A DNA stretch of 64,000 nucleotides, taken from a bacterium. Its GTDB lineage: Bacteria; JAMCPX01. Position numbers and translations under genes: made by a program. The stretch's first letter is position 1, and each line of letters begins with the position of its first letter. The notes below the pieces were generated by a model. That model searched no databases. It saw only the letters and a program-made list of their open reading frames with translations, and had not been told where the DNA came from. Positions 48,460-56,645 of this stretch are shown here, in pieces. The DNA is taken from contig JAJYUJ010000005.1 of assembly GCA_021792615.1 (NCBI GenBank), forward strand, positions 6,075 through 70,074, in the 5' to 3' direction.

Positions 48460-48780
48460 CTACCTGTCTATTGATAGTAACTGTTTGCTGTCCGGATAAA
48501 CCATATTCAACCTCGTTTTCGCTATCGTTTCGATCCTGCTCCTGCTTTTGAGCGTGGCTATTTCAAGATTGTACTTATCGATCTGCTCGGTCAAGTTCTG
48601 TGTTTGTAAAGCCAGCGCGGACATCCGGTAACTTGCCGCTATGAAGTTTATCCGGCTCCATATCAGGATCAGGGTAAAGAAAAGGATCACCGCAAGCGTT
48701 ATGAGGATCTTGAATGGAGCTATACTTATTGCCGGTACTGCCTGATAATCTATTGCTCTGTTATCTGCATAAGCTTTCAT
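48460..48780 (-). CDS. ftsL: Cell division protein FtsL
   Basis: A small bitopic protein with one TM helix plus a coiled-coil, in the conserved position between rsmH and ftsI. Confidence 0.55.
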   Translation of the reverse strand: MKAYADNRAIDYQAVPAISIAPFKILITLAVILFFTLILIWSRINFIAASYRMSALALQTQNLTEQIDKYNLEIATLKSRSRIETIAKTRLNMVYPDSKQLLSIDR

Positions 48781-48793
48781 ATACTATTACCTC

Positions 48794-49675
48794 CTAAGCT
48801 ATCCGTTTTATGGCCCTCAGGCGTGCGCTCCGCGCCCTGGTGTTGTTCCGTAATTCTTCCGCATCCGGCACTGCCGGTTTGCGGGTAAGTATTTTGAATA
48901 CCGGCTTTGCAAGAAGCGCAAACTGCCTGAATGCCTGTTTGACAATTCTGTCTTCGAGAGAATGGAACGATATGACGATCAGCACGCCGCCTACATTCAG
49001 AAAGTCTCCTGCCTTTTGCAGAAAGGCCTTCAGGTTTTCCAATTCATCGTTTACAAATATCCTTATTGCCTGAAATGTTTTCGTGGCCGGATGTATGCCG
49101 TGACGGCCGTGGACGGTACCCGATATTACCGATGCGAGTTCTGCCGTATTTTTCAGGTGTGATTTTTTCCTTGCATCAACAATCGCTTTTGCAATTTTTC
49201 TGTACTGTCTTTCTTCGCCATATTCTTTTATAATTTTTGCAAGCCTTTCCTGGGCAAACTTGTTGACGACTTCGTAAGCGGTAATACCTTTTGACCTGTC
49301 ATATCGCATGTCGAGCGGTCCCTCACTTGAAAAGCTGAAACCACGGACGCTATCCTGTATCTGGGCAGTATTAAACCCGAGATCGACGATAATACCGTCA
49401 AATTTTTCACCGCCCGTTTCTTGTACAATATCTTCGATATCCCTGTAATTGGCCTGGAGAAAACGTGTTCTTGCTTTAAATGCATCCAGATTTTCCTTTG
49501 CCCTGCTCAGCATGGTGTCATCCGCATCCGAACAAACGACAAAGCCTCCCGGGACGGACGCTTCAAGGATAGCACGTGCATGCCCGCCCTCACCGGTTGT
49601 CGCATCCAGATACCTGCCGGTATCACGTGGATTCATGTAGTCGATGACCTTGTTTAACATTACCGGTATGTGCAT
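48794..49675 (-). CDS. rsmH: 16S rRNA (cytosine1402-N4)-methyltransferase
   Basis: HIPVMLNKVIDYMNP...DATTGEGGHA SAM-methyltransferase motifs are present. It lies immediately downstream of mraZ. Confidence 0.9.
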   Translation of the reverse strand: MHIPVMLNKVIDYMNPRDTGRYLDATTGEGGHARAILEASVPGGFVVCSDADDTMLSRAKENLDAFKARTRFLQANYRDIEDIVQETGGEKFDGIIVDLGFNTAQIQDSVRGFSFSSEGPLDMRYDRSKGITAYEVVNKFAQERLAKIIKEYGEERQYRKIAKAIVDARKKSHLKNTAELASVISGTVHGRHGIHPATKTFQAIRIFVNDELENLKAFLQKAGDFLNVGGVLIVISFHSLEDRIVKQAFRQFALLAKPVFKILTRKPAVPDAEELRNNTRARSARLRAIKRIA

Positions 49676-50119
49676 CTATACTCCCAACTGAGCAATGCCT
49701 TTTTTGATATTCGAGAAGTTGTTTTTTATCCTCTGGTGTTCCTGTTCGAAGGTTGCAACATCCCAGATGGAAAAAATCTCGTCACCGCCTGCGATGATAA
49801 CCTCTTCCCCGAGGTGTGCTTCTTCCCGGAGGTATGCGGGGATAAAAAGCCTCCCGAGGCCGTCTATCTCATATTCAAATGCATCACCGTAGTGGAACAG
49901 CTTATAATCTTCCACAACATCCAGCGTCGGCGGTAATGCCTTGATCCTTTCCTTGCGCAGTTTGAATACCTGATACGGGTATACCTCGAGCCAATTCTGG
50001 TTATTTGTCAGTATTACCCTGTTATCGTACTCATCGGTCAGTATTTTTCTGAATGCCGATGGCACGCTGACGCGCCCTTTTTTGTCAATCCTATGTCTGT
50101 ATCTCCCAATAAACTCCAT
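49676..50119 (-). CDS. mraZ: Transcriptional regulator MraZ
   Basis: MEFIGRYRHRIDKKGRVSVPSAFR and duplicated MraZ/SpoVT-AbrB domains are present. Confidence 0.9.
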   Translation of the reverse strand: MEFIGRYRHRIDKKGRVSVPSAFRKILTDEYDNRVILTNNQNWLEVYPYQVFKLRKERIKALPPTLDVVEDYKLFHYGDAFEYEIDGLGRLFIPAYLREEAHLGEEVIIAGGDEIFSIWDVATFEQEHQRIKNNFSNIKKGIAQLGV

Positions 50120-50140
50120 ACAATTTTGTTATACTCTTAT

Positions 50141-50168
50141 GCCCCTTTATACCACTTCATACCACCAT
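50141..50168 (-). promoter_or_regulatory. Putative MraZ operator: three pentamer direct repeats at 10-bp spacing (GTGGT-N5-GTGGT-N5-GGGGC on the coding strand)
   Basis: Read on the minus strand, the sequence is TGGTGGTATGAAGTGGTATAAAGGGGCAT, lying about 25–50 nt upstream of the mraZ start. The spacing and G-rich pentamers resemble the E. coli MraZ-binding TGGGN direct repeats. Confidence 0.4.
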
Positions 50169-50280
50169 ATAATTAAATGTCAAGTTCTTATTGATAAAAA
50201 AACAGGGTACGGAACGCCAACAAAACTGGAATTGCTATTGAGGAATCGAACGACCGCCAAAAGCAGCGGTTTCAATAATC

Positions 50281-51297
50281 CTAACTCACCTTTACGATTT
50301 GTTTACCGAGGTTTTCACCTTTGAATAGTCCGATAAACGCCCTGGGTGCATTTTCAAGTCCCTCGACAACATGCTCTGCATATTTCAATTTCTTCTGCGA
50401 AACCCATTGTGCAAGCTGTCGGATACCTTCATCGCTTCTGTCTGCATAATCCATCACGATGAACCCTTTCATCAATGCGCTCTTTACCAGCAGGTATGAC
50501 TGCACCCTGGGGCCGGTTTCTGGCTTGGTCATATTATACTGGGATATCTGTCCGCACAGAACAACGCGTGCCTTATAGTTGAGCAGCGGCATAACGGCGT
50601 CCGAAATCTCTCCCCCAACATTATCGAAATAAATATCGACCCCGTTCGGACAGACATCTTTAATCGCTTTCTTTATGTCCGGGGCCGTTTTATAGTTTAT
50701 TGCCGTATCAAACCCGAGATCGTGAACGAGATAGCCGGTCTTTTCATCCGAGCCTGCAATCCCGATGACCCGGCAGCCTTTTATCTTTGCAATCTGACCC
50801 GCCACAGTTCCCACCGCTCCTGCCGCACCGGATACGACAACGGTTTCTCCGGACGATGGTTTACCGATATCGAGTAAGCCGAAGTATGCCGTAAGCCCGG
50901 GCATGCCGAGTATGCCGAGTGCCGTTGATACGGGTGCGATCCCGGGATCGAACTTTCTGAGTTCCCTGCTGTCCGCCCCGTTGTAATCGCGCCAGCCCAG
51001 GTTGCCGGTAACGATGTCACCTGCTTTAAGATCCGGAGACTTGGTCTGCACAACCTCCCCAACAATGCCTCCTGTTATGGCCTTTTCGAGCTCGAAGGGG
51101 GAAATATAGGTTTTTACGCCGCTCATCCGCCCCCGCATATACGGGTCGACGGAAAGGTACAGGGTCTTGACGAGCACCATACCGTCCCTGCACACGGGCA
51201 TCTCCGTTTCGATAAGACTGAAATCTTCTTCCCGCGGCATACCCTCGGGTCTTCTTATCAAGATTATTTCTCTGTTTTTGTTCGTCGTCATGTGCAT
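50281..51297 (-). CDS. NADP-dependent oxidoreductase, medium-chain dehydrogenase/reductase family (YncB / 2-alkenal-reductase-like)
   Basis: MDR fold with GxGxxG (VSGAAGAVGTVAGQIAK). There is no Zn-binding Cys ligand, and it resembles leukotriene-B4-12-HDH/prostaglandin reductase type enone reductases. Confidence 0.75.
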   Translation of the reverse strand: MHMTTNKNREIILIRRPEGMPREEDFSLIETEMPVCRDGMVLVKTLYLSVDPYMRGRMSGVKTYISPFELEKAITGGIVGEVVQTKSPDLKAGDIVTGNLGWRDYNGADSRELRKFDPGIAPVSTALGILGMPGLTAYFGLLDIGKPSSGETVVVSGAAGAVGTVAGQIAKIKGCRVIGIAGSDEKTGYLVHDLGFDTAINYKTAPDIKKAIKDVCPNGVDIYFDNVGGEISDAVMPLLNYKARVVLCGQISQYNMTKPETGPRVQSYLLVKSALMKGFIVMDYADRSDEGIRQLAQWVSQKKLKYAEHVVEGLENAPRAFIGLFKGENLGKQIVKVS

Positions 51298-51435
51298 TCC
51301 TCCTTTGCACAGAATATAAGTACTCGAACACCCTCATTCCAGACACGGGAACAACCGGATGTTATAACGAGTCGTGCTGCTTGTTGATTTACAAACCAAA
51401 ATGCTTTATATAAAGTAACTTATTAAAAATGGAGC

Positions 51436-52671
51436 ATGGAGATGGATATTGAACGAATAAGAAAAGATTTTCCGGTACTGTCCCGCATGGTAAGGGACAA
51501 GAAGCTTGTATATCTTGACAACGCCGCAACCACGCAAAAGCCATCGGTCGTCATAGATGCGGTAGCCGACCTTTACAAGAACTATAATGCAAACGTTCAC
51601 CGGGGCGTATACCTGCTTGCAGAGGAATCGACACAGGCTTATGAAGATTCACGGGAAGCTGTGCGCAGGTTCATCAACGCGAACAGCACCAAAGAGATTG
51701 TTTTTACCCGCAATGCAACCGAGGCACTGAATCTTATAGCCTATACATGGGGAGAAGCGAACATCCATGCCGGCGATGAGATCGTTGTGAGCATTATGGA
51801 GCATCACAGCAACTATGTACCGTGGTTCAGGCTTGCTCACAGAAAGGGTGCCGTTATCAAGATCGTGCCCTCAAGGATGGATGGAGAGCTTGATATGGAC
51901 GCTTTCAAATCCATGCTGTCGGATAAAACCAAACTTGTCGGTATTGTACATATGTCGAACGTTTTCGGCACGATAAACCCGGTAAAAGAAATCACGGCGC
52001 TTGCGCACAAGAAGGGTGCCGCCGTCGTCGTTGACGGTGCACAGAGTGCACCGCACATGAAGATTGATGTCCGGGACATTGATTGCGATTTCTTTGCCGT
52101 ATCGGGGCATAAGATGCTCGGACCGACCGGCATCGGCGCATTGTACGCAAAAGAATCATATCTCGAATCCATGGAGCCCTTCTTAAGCGGCGGCGAAATG
52201 ATCCTGAAGGTCACACTTGACAGCGTCGTGTACAATGAACTGCCGTGGAAGTTTGAAGCGGGTACTCCGAACTATGAGGGAGCGATCGGGTTAAAGGCTG
52301 CAATAGGGTATCTCGAAAAAATGGGGATGGACACTATCGAATCCTATGAAAGAGAGCTGACGGCATATGCACTCGAAAAGATGAAAACGGTGCCGGGAAT
52401 CTTTATCTATGGTCCTCTGCGTGCGGAAAAGAAGGGGGGCATCATTGCATTCAACATCAAGGGCGTTCACTCGCATGACATCGGTACGATTCTCGACAGC
52501 GAGGGTATAGCGATAAGGGCCGGCCATCACTGTGCACAGCCGCTCATGATAGACTGCGGCGTATCCGCAATGGCAAGAGCGAGTTTCTATTTCTACAACA
52601 CGAAGCAGGAGATAGATTCATTGGTTGCCGCGTTAAAGAAATCAAAGGAGATATTCGGTCATGTCGCTTGA
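51436..52671 (+). CDS. sufS: Cysteine desulfurase SufS
   Basis: RKDFPVL...YLDNAATTQKP N-terminus, the PLP Lys in SGHKMLGPTGIG and a class-II (SufS) C-terminus (RAGHHCAQP). Confidence 0.85.
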   Translation: MEMDIERIRKDFPVLSRMVRDKKLVYLDNAATTQKPSVVIDAVADLYKNYNANVHRGVYLLAEESTQAYEDSREAVRRFINANSTKEIVFTRNATEALNLIAYTWGEANIHAGDEIVVSIMEHHSNYVPWFRLAHRKGAVIKIVPSRMDGELDMDAFKSMLSDKTKLVGIVHMSNVFGTINPVKEITALAHKKGAAVVVDGAQSAPHMKIDVRDIDCDFFAVSGHKMLGPTGIGALYAKESYLESMEPFLSGGEMILKVTLDSVVYNELPWKFEAGTPNYEGAIGLKAAIGYLEKMGMDTIESYERELTAYALEKMKTVPGIFIYGPLRAEKKGGIIAFNIKGVHSHDIGTILDSEGIAIRAGHHCAQPLMIDCGVSAMARASFYFYNTKQEIDSLVAALKKSKEIFGHVA

Positions 52672-53083
52672 AGAACTCTTCAAAGAAATTATCATAGAAC
52701 ACTATCAGCACCCGAAAAACCAGGGACACCTTGAGCATCCGGACGCCAAATCGGACGGCTCCAATCCCCTTTGCGGCGATGAAATAGCAATGGAACTCAT
52801 CTTTGATGGTAACGTCGTACGGAATGTCATGTTTACCGGCAATGGCTGTTCGATCAGCCAGTCCGCAGCCTCACTGATAACAGAAGCGATAAAGGGAAAG
52901 ACCATCGAAGAAACAAGGACCATCATGAACGAGTATAAAAATATGCTCGCGGGAAAAGAATATAATGCAGACATACTCGGGGACCTCGAGGCCCTTTCCG
53001 ATGTTAAGAGGTACCCTGCAAGGGTCAAGTGCGCGAGCCTGAGCGTCGCCGTGCTGGACCAGGCGTTACAGCAAAAAAAATAG
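52661..53083 (+). CDS. sufU: SufU-type Fe-S cluster assembly/sulfur-transfer scaffold (Zn-dependent IscU-like)
   Basis: Conserved Cys motifs NPLCGDEIAM, GNGCSISQSAAS and VKCASLSV. It is translationally coupled to sufS. Confidence 0.8.
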   Translation: MSLEELFKEIIIEHYQHPKNQGHLEHPDAKSDGSNPLCGDEIAMELIFDGNVVRNVMFTGNGCSISQSAASLITEAIKGKTIEETRTIMNEYKNMLAGKEYNADILGDLEALSDVKRYPARVKCASLSVAVLDQALQQKK

Positions 53084-53146
53084 TACACACAGCATGATGC
53101 ACTTCATGGGTGAAACCAAGTTCTTTATACGAAGGGGGAACAGAGG

Positions 53147-53935
53147 ATGAAAATAGATTATTTCGGTGATTTGAAAAAGATCAGAAATACTAAACCGCTG
53201 GTGCACCACATAACGAACTATGTCGTTATGAATGTGAGTGCAAATATTACACTCTCGCTCGGAGCTTCGCCGGTCATGGCACATGCGCTGCCCGAGGTCG
53301 AGGACATGGTCTCGATTGCCGGTGTGCTGTATATAAACATCGGCACGCTGAGCGACCGCTGGATCGAATCCATGCTTGCTGCCGGAAAAATGGCAAACAA
53401 GAAACACATTCCTGTATTGCTTGATCCCGTTGGTGCCGGCGCAACACGCTATAGAACGGAAACGGCAAAAAAGATTTTAAAGGAAGTAAAAGTCGACGTT
53501 CTCAAAGGCAATGCCGGAGAGATGCAGTCGCTTGCGGGAGAGAAGGTCATGGTCAAGGGCGTCGATTCCACAACCTCCGCAGGTATGGGAACGGCCGGGG
53601 CGCTTGCAAAAGAGTACGGATTGACTGCAGTCATTACGGGGCAAGAGGATTATGTATCAAACGGCAGTCAGTCGGCCACAGTAAAAAACGGAACCGAAAT
53701 GTTTTCGCGCATTACCGGTGCAGGATGCATGCTGGGATCCGTTATCGCAAGCTTCATGGCTGTTCAAAAGGATATGTTTGCGTCAGCGATCGAAGGGCTT
53801 GTTACGTTCGAAATTGCAGGAGAAAAGGCAGCGGCACGTACAAAGCTTCCGGGCAGTTTCATGACCGCACTCATAGACGAGATTTCACTTTTGAATGAGG
53901 ACACGTACAAGCTCTCTGATGTTACTATCAAGTGA
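53147..53935 (+). CDS. thiM: Hydroxyethylthiazole kinase
   Basis: PLVHHITNYVVMN...LSLGASPVMAH, a Cys-containing active-site region and ribokinase-like ThiM architecture. Length is 262 aa. Confidence 0.85.
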   Translation: MKIDYFGDLKKIRNTKPLVHHITNYVVMNVSANITLSLGASPVMAHALPEVEDMVSIAGVLYINIGTLSDRWIESMLAAGKMANKKHIPVLLDPVGAGATRYRTETAKKILKEVKVDVLKGNAGEMQSLAGEKVMVKGVDSTTSAGMGTAGALAKEYGLTAVITGQEDYVSNGSQSATVKNGTEMFSRITGAGCMLGSVIASFMAVQKDMFASAIEGLVTFEIAGEKAAARTKLPGSFMTALIDEISLLNEDTYKLSDVTIK

Positions 53936-54110
53936 ATTTTATGCAGATACAGTCACTCTCGTTATGCTATCATTGCCATGAGCCTCAGAGTATGCCGCGC
54001 CGGAGCAGTCCCGCGACACGAGCGGATTGCCGGACCCGGCTTTGCTGTGTACCCGCCGATCGCAATGACTCCGTAACGATGCTGAATACCCGCGCCGGGT
54101 GAATTCGAAT

Positions 54111-54740
54111 ATGCTCGTAAAACCCGAACTCCCGTCAGGCATATACGGCATTACCTCGCGTGATTTTGGAACATCCCACGAGCAATCTGCTCTCTATCTG
54201 CTGCAGGCAGGGGTAAAGATCATCCAATACCGTGAAAAGGACGCACAAACACGGACAATGTTCGATGAGGCAATGAAGATCAAACTATTGTGCAAACAAT
54301 ACAATGCCCTGTTTATAGTCAATGACAGAATAGATATCGCGCTTGCCGTTGATGCAGACGGCGTTCATGTCGGGCAGGATGATATGCCTGCCGAGATCGC
54401 CAGGAAGTACCTCGGCGATAAGATCGTAGGGGTATCGGTCAGGAATGAAGAAGAGGTAAGGACCGCACAAGCCCGGGGAGCTGATTACTTCGGTGCAGGC
54501 GCTGTTTACCCGACATCGACAAAGCAGGACAGCACCTGTATCGGTTTAGCCATGTTTGCAAAGATAGCAAAAATGGCAAAGGTCCCTGTTTATGCTATCG
54601 GCGGCATTACCATGAATAACCTCGGGGAATTAAAGCGATATAACATCCGCGGGGCAGCTGTGATTTCAGCCATCCTGAATACCCCTGCCCCGGAACATAC
54701 TGCCCGGGAATTCATCCGCATCTGGGAATCAAAAGACTGA
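54111..54740 (+). CDS. thiE: Thiamine-phosphate synthase
   Basis: GIYGIT...IQYREKD and the TIM-barrel ThiE motifs (VNDRIDIALAVDADGVHVGQDD; GAVYPTSTK). The ATG at 54111 is preferred over the GTG at 54099. Confidence 0.85.
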   Translation: MLVKPELPSGIYGITSRDFGTSHEQSALYLLQAGVKIIQYREKDAQTRTMFDEAMKIKLLCKQYNALFIVNDRIDIALAVDADGVHVGQDDMPAEIARKYLGDKIVGVSVRNEEEVRTAQARGADYFGAGAVYPTSTKQDSTCIGLAMFAKIAKMAKVPVYAIGGITMNNLGELKRYNIRGAAVISAILNTPAPEHTAREFIRIWESKD

Positions 54741-54822
54741 CCAAAACATTTCACGCCGGTTGCTTTTTTTTGCACAATCTTTTATAGAGCAACATGAATA
54801 CAAAGAAGAGAAGGAGACTGAC

Positions 54823-55992
54823 ATGCCGTTCAAATATGCACAAAGACTCGGGATGCTGCCGAAATACTTATTTGCCGAACTCGACAGGATTAAATCCGAA
54901 CAGATTGCCGCAGGAAAGGACATCATAGACCTCGGAGTCGGTGACCCCGATCTGCCGACATCCGTTGAGGTGGTCGAAGCCCTGCAATCCGCAGCTCAGG
55001 ACCCGGCAAACCATATTTATCCCTCTTATTCGGGCATGGACAGGTTCAGGGAGGTTGCAGCACAATGGTTTTATGAACGATTCGGCGTCAAGCTCGATTA
55101 CAAAAAACATGTCCTCTCGCTCATAGGATCAAAGGAAGGTATTGCGCATTTCCCTCTGGCATTCGTCAACCCGGGGGATGTCGTACTCTACACAGAGCCC
55201 GGTTATCCGGTGTATTTTGCTTCGACCATCTTTGCAGGTGGAACAGCGTATGCCCTGCCCCTGACGCGGGAGAACGACTTTATACCGTCACTTGAGGACA
55301 TTCCGGAGCAGATCCTGCAAAAAGCAAAGATGCTGTTTATCAATTATCCGAACAACCCGACATCCGCAACTGCCGGGGAAGCCTTCTTCAAAAAGGTCAT
55401 TGCCTTTGCGAAGAAACACCATATCATCATAGCCCATGATGCGGCATACTCAGAGATCTACTTCGGGGAGAAAACGCATTCCATACTCGAATATCCCGGT
55501 GCAATGGATGTTGCCATAGAGTTCCATTCCCTGTCGAAAACATTCAGCATGACAGGATGGAGGATCGGGTTTGCCTGCGGCAACGAGGAGTTGATAGCAG
55601 GTATCGGCAAGATAAAGACGAACATAGATTCCGGTGTGTTCCAGGCAGTTCAGTGGGCCGGAATCAAAGCATTGACCCTTGGAGATGCGCTCACTGAGCC
55701 GCTGAGAAAGATATACAAAAAACGCGTACACATGGTTACTTCTGCGCTGTCCGCTGCAGGGCTTGATCCGTTCAACGGAAACTCCACGTTCTATATCTGG
55801 ACGAAACTGCCCAACAATATCGATTCGATGTCCTTTACGATGAAGCTGATCCAACAGGCAGGCATCGTGGTTTCACCGGGCATAGGGTTCGGCAAGTCCG
55901 GCGAAGGTTATTTCAGGATCTCTGTGACCAATAAAGATGAGCTTATCCAACAGGCATGCGAAAAAATAACGAAGGTATTGACTAAAGGTTGA
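54823..55992 (+). CDS. dapL: Class I/II PLP aminotransferase, probable LL-diaminopimelate aminotransferase
   Basis: The N-terminus LPKYLFAELDRIK...GVGDPDLP resembles the DapL N-terminus (AGYLFPEI...GIGDTTEP), and the fold-type-I PLP Lys is present (SLSKTFSMTGWR). dapC/dapD/dapE are absent from the nearby dap operon. Ambiguity with a generic aspartate aminotransferase remains. The start at 54823 has an AAGGAG RBS. Confidence 0.55.
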   Translation: MPFKYAQRLGMLPKYLFAELDRIKSEQIAAGKDIIDLGVGDPDLPTSVEVVEALQSAAQDPANHIYPSYSGMDRFREVAAQWFYERFGVKLDYKKHVLSLIGSKEGIAHFPLAFVNPGDVVLYTEPGYPVYFASTIFAGGTAYALPLTRENDFIPSLEDIPEQILQKAKMLFINYPNNPTSATAGEAFFKKVIAFAKKHHIIIAHDAAYSEIYFGEKTHSILEYPGAMDVAIEFHSLSKTFSMTGWRIGFACGNEELIAGIGKIKTNIDSGVFQAVQWAGIKALTLGDALTEPLRKIYKKRVHMVTSALSAAGLDPFNGNSTFYIWTKLPNNIDSMSFTMKLIQQAGIVVSPGIGFGKSGEGYFRISVTNKDELIQQACEKITKVLTKG

Positions 55993-56102
55993 CCAGGACA
56001 TGCAAGAGGGAAGCCAGCTCATCCATGATAAGAAAGAGTTGTTCGTGTCTGCCCGCAAAACACATTCGAGGAATACCTTTATGTGTATGATTTTATTCGT
56101 GG

Positions 56103-56477
56103 CTAATGGATATGATTATGTCCGTGGTTATGTTCCAACTCATGCATGTTCCGGCCGCCTTGCAGTTCGCCGGTAATGAATTTCTCAATGGTATGTTTGA
56201 TATCTCCACTTACCCCTACAATCGTTTGAATACCGAACCCGGAAAAAAAGTCCACTGCCCTCGGTCCCATACCACCGGCAATTATATAGTTTGCACCTTT
56301 TTGGTGTAAGAACTGTGGTATTTCGCCAGGCTGATGGTCTTCCAGCCCTGGATTATCTATTACCTCTTTTTTGCCAATCTTACCGTCTTCAATGTCCACA
56401 AGGGTATACGATTGACATCTTCCGAAATGGGGCGATACAAAATCACCGTCCGTTGCTATTGCAACTCTTATCTGCAT
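56103..56477 (-). CDS. NifB/NifX-family (dinitrogenase FeMo-cofactor-binding-like) domain protein with a His-rich C-terminal tail
   Basis: IAIATDGDFVSPHFGRCQSYTLVDIEDGK is typical of the NifX/NafY/DUF134 fold. The C-terminus is HELEHNHGHNHIH. The start is taken at MQIRV, which has an AAGGAGGA RBS. Confidence 0.6.
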   Translation of the reverse strand: MQIRVAIATDGDFVSPHFGRCQSYTLVDIEDGKIGKKEVIDNPGLEDHQPGEIPQFLHQKGANYIIAGGMGPRAVDFFSGFGIQTIVGVSGDIKHTIEKFITGELQGGRNMHELEHNHGHNHIH

Positions 56478-56645
56478 ATTTTCCTCCTTAAATTTAATGC
56501 CGTCAGAAACCCGCATTTTATTCTCATGGGGCGAACGAACAATCTTTTTTAGAAAATAAGCATATGTTCATAACTTGTCAAGGCTTTCGGAATTTTATGA
56601 TTATGAACCAAGCGCGGCAGAAACATGCCGTTCAATCTGAAGACC

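Noticed and set aside
53084-54110. TPP riboswitch (THI-box) upstream of thiM or thiE
   Set aside because: The spacer upstream of thiM is only 63 nt. Neither spacer contains the conserved CUGAGA / ACCUGAUCUGG...GCGUAGGGA elements on either strand. The GC-rich thiM–thiE spacer is kept only as an unexplained structured region.
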